Positions 62,065 through 64,000 of a DNA stretch of 64,000 nucleotides are shown in pieces. The notes beneath the pieces are model-generated. The model saw only the letters and a program-made list of their open reading frames with translations. It had not been told where the DNA came from and did not search any database. The stretch is from Octopus bimaculoides (Eukaryota). The stretch spans positions 23,001,518-23,065,517 of the forward strand of contig NC_068983.1 of the NCBI RefSeq assembly GCF_001194135.2, in the 5' to 3' direction. Numbering within the stretch: position 1 is the first letter of the stretch; every line of letters starts with the position of its first letter. The position numbers and the translations under genes were made by a program.

Positions 62065-62809
62065 TGTGAGGTTCATAGTCTCTTACTTTTGAGCTCACCA
62101 CCCAAAACTACTGCCTCTCGTTTACTTTATGGAACAAAGAGCATAAACAAAACATCCCACTCATAGAAGCATTGAAAAAGATGTTAAATGGTAATAAATG
62201 TGTGTGGTTGTGTCATGTTTTCTTGTGACATAACCACATACTTAACATACAAACTGTGACATGTATTTGTTCATAAAATCTTGTGGCATTCAATCAGGGA
62301 GTGATTATCCTGTACACAGTGTTTATATTGTATTTGCTGGTTTATTTAAAGCTGAAGTTCCACATTTACATAACTCTTATTTACTTGCCGGTTAACTATA
62401 TTTTCCACCATCCAAATTGCAATACATTCTTTAACCACATAGACACCTACCTCTTTTGATTATTTTTATGACTGGACACTGATCTGTAGGGGATGGGGTG
62501 CTTGAATCATGTCACAAATTTACCTGATTCTATTCGTTTTCATAGCTCTATTTTGAGGACATCTCTTGTTTCTTGAAAGGCTGCTCAAGAACTGAAGCAA
62601 GAGATCATAGTTCTAAGTTTCAGTCTCATCTACTAAAGTCAGACACTTTATACTTTTTTTTCCCCTCACTTGCTGAGTCTTGAAGAAGAGGCAATATCCA
62701 TAGCTATTGCAGGCCCTCGTTGAACTTACGTTTGTCAACACCTTTGGGAAAAATATTAGCAGGATGGGAGTTCTAGAGGGCTGATGTTACTGGATGGAAG
62801 GGCTGCATA

Positions 62810-63050
62810 TAGTGATTTGTGCAGGGTCTGAGAGAGTTGGATACAACAAAGGTGATGATGAGGAGGGAAGACAAATGGGGCAGGAATACTTGAGCATGGG
62901 TGGTATGAGCCCAGTCGGCTACAAAGAGCAGAGACCTGTCATAGCACTGGTAAAGGTAGAAGAAAGGAGACAGCTCACCTATGGCCCAGAGACCGAAGTG
63001 TGTCTGTAAATGACTTTATGCTCATAAGTTGGGTGGTCCCTTTTCTGCAT
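62810..63050 (+). repeat. Family H interspersed repeat
   Basis: Homologous to 55873-56071. Confidence 0.7.
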
Positions 63051-64000
63051 GTAATCTTGAATACCTGTATGTGTGCACAACAGTAGCCTTTCCCCATATG
63101 TGAAAGCAATACTCCATTGTCAGTATCACCTGAGCTTTGAGGAATATCAATCGAGCTATCAGGAAATTAAGTAGAAAAACTAACCTGGAAATTTCAATGA
63201 TACCAGTTTTAACAATGTTTGTGTAAAATCATTTGTTTTATTCTTTTTAGATTTATTCTTTAGTGTATTCCTTCATTTCCAGTTGACCTGTTAAGTTCAC
63301 CATCCTCTTTTTGTTACATTTATTTTTAAACACTAACAGTGATGAGTGGGAAAGAGAGACAAATTATAAACATGTAACATAGCTCATTTATCTTCTCAGG
63401 CACACCTAGTACAATCTACACATTGTTTGCTGAGTCAAGTTACAATTGCTGCTACTAGTTAATGAAATCACCTACATATCTATATCTTATACTATTCAGA
63501 GGGTTATAACCTAACTTGTTTCCCTGTTTGAGTATTGAAAAGTCTGTGTTCAAGATGTCTGTTTTTTTACCCAATATTATTCTATTTCTAATGTCTGTGT
63601 AGTTAGTTGCCAGGTGTTTTCCTGCAATTCTGATAATATAACTAACAAGTGATAAGACAAGACTCAGATGAAGGGAGCTGGAGGATTACTTAAGCAAGTC
63701 CTGTTCTGATTATTATTATTAGTAGTAGGAGCAGTAATAACAACAGCACCCAGACACTATTTTCTTGTGTAAATTAGTTATTAAAGCAAACAAACTGCAG
63801 AGAACTTTGACAGCTGAAAGATATGGCTCACTGTTCAGATAGTATATATGGAGAAGGTTTGTTGATCAAAAGGCAATGACATTCTATATTTCCGTCTAAC
63901 TATGGATTTATTGGCAACATTACAAGTTTTACATATCATATTTGTTTGAGGAGTATGGTGATAGTAAGGATCCTAAGAATGATGTGAGGTGCAGTGTGAT

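Noticed and set aside
1539-63009. Most ORFs in the supplied track as genes
   Set aside because: They are 60-140 aa and derive from SINEs, microsatellites (poly-HT/CV/IY/D) or low-complexity DNA. Only 57985-58239 overlaps a real exon.

Overview
AT-rich, repeat-dense eukaryotic (animal) genomic DNA with three N gaps. The SINE families look like those I know from octopus genomes, so the species is inferred, not proven. The only host coding sequence I can support is three + strand internal exons (429-627, 25047-25171, 57982-58209). They have canonical AG/GT boundaries and splice in frame into 184 stop-free codons of spectrin-repeat-type protein resembling the AKAP6/klarsicht/nesprin group. Neither end of the gene is in the window. 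The rest is two very large introns (24.4 and 32.8 kb) plus 5.8 kb of a third. They contain several SINE-like families (labelled A, B, C, D, F, G, H here; the labels are mine), decayed LINEs (L1/Tx1-, CR1- and RTE-like), and DNA-transposon MITEs (Tc1/mariner, hAT, piggyBac-like, Merlin-like). The most unusual object is a young MITE with 8-bp TSDs and a palindromic (CCCTAA)n-(TTAGGG)n telomeric core. It is present twice in inverted orientation around exon 2, and the core appears flipped between the copies. There are also several long fold-back structures that would form dsRNA in the pre-mRNA, a few pre-miRNA-like hairpins and one weak microexon candidate. Nearly all ORFs in the supplied track are artefacts of repeats or gaps. 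Boundaries of old repeats are approximate.
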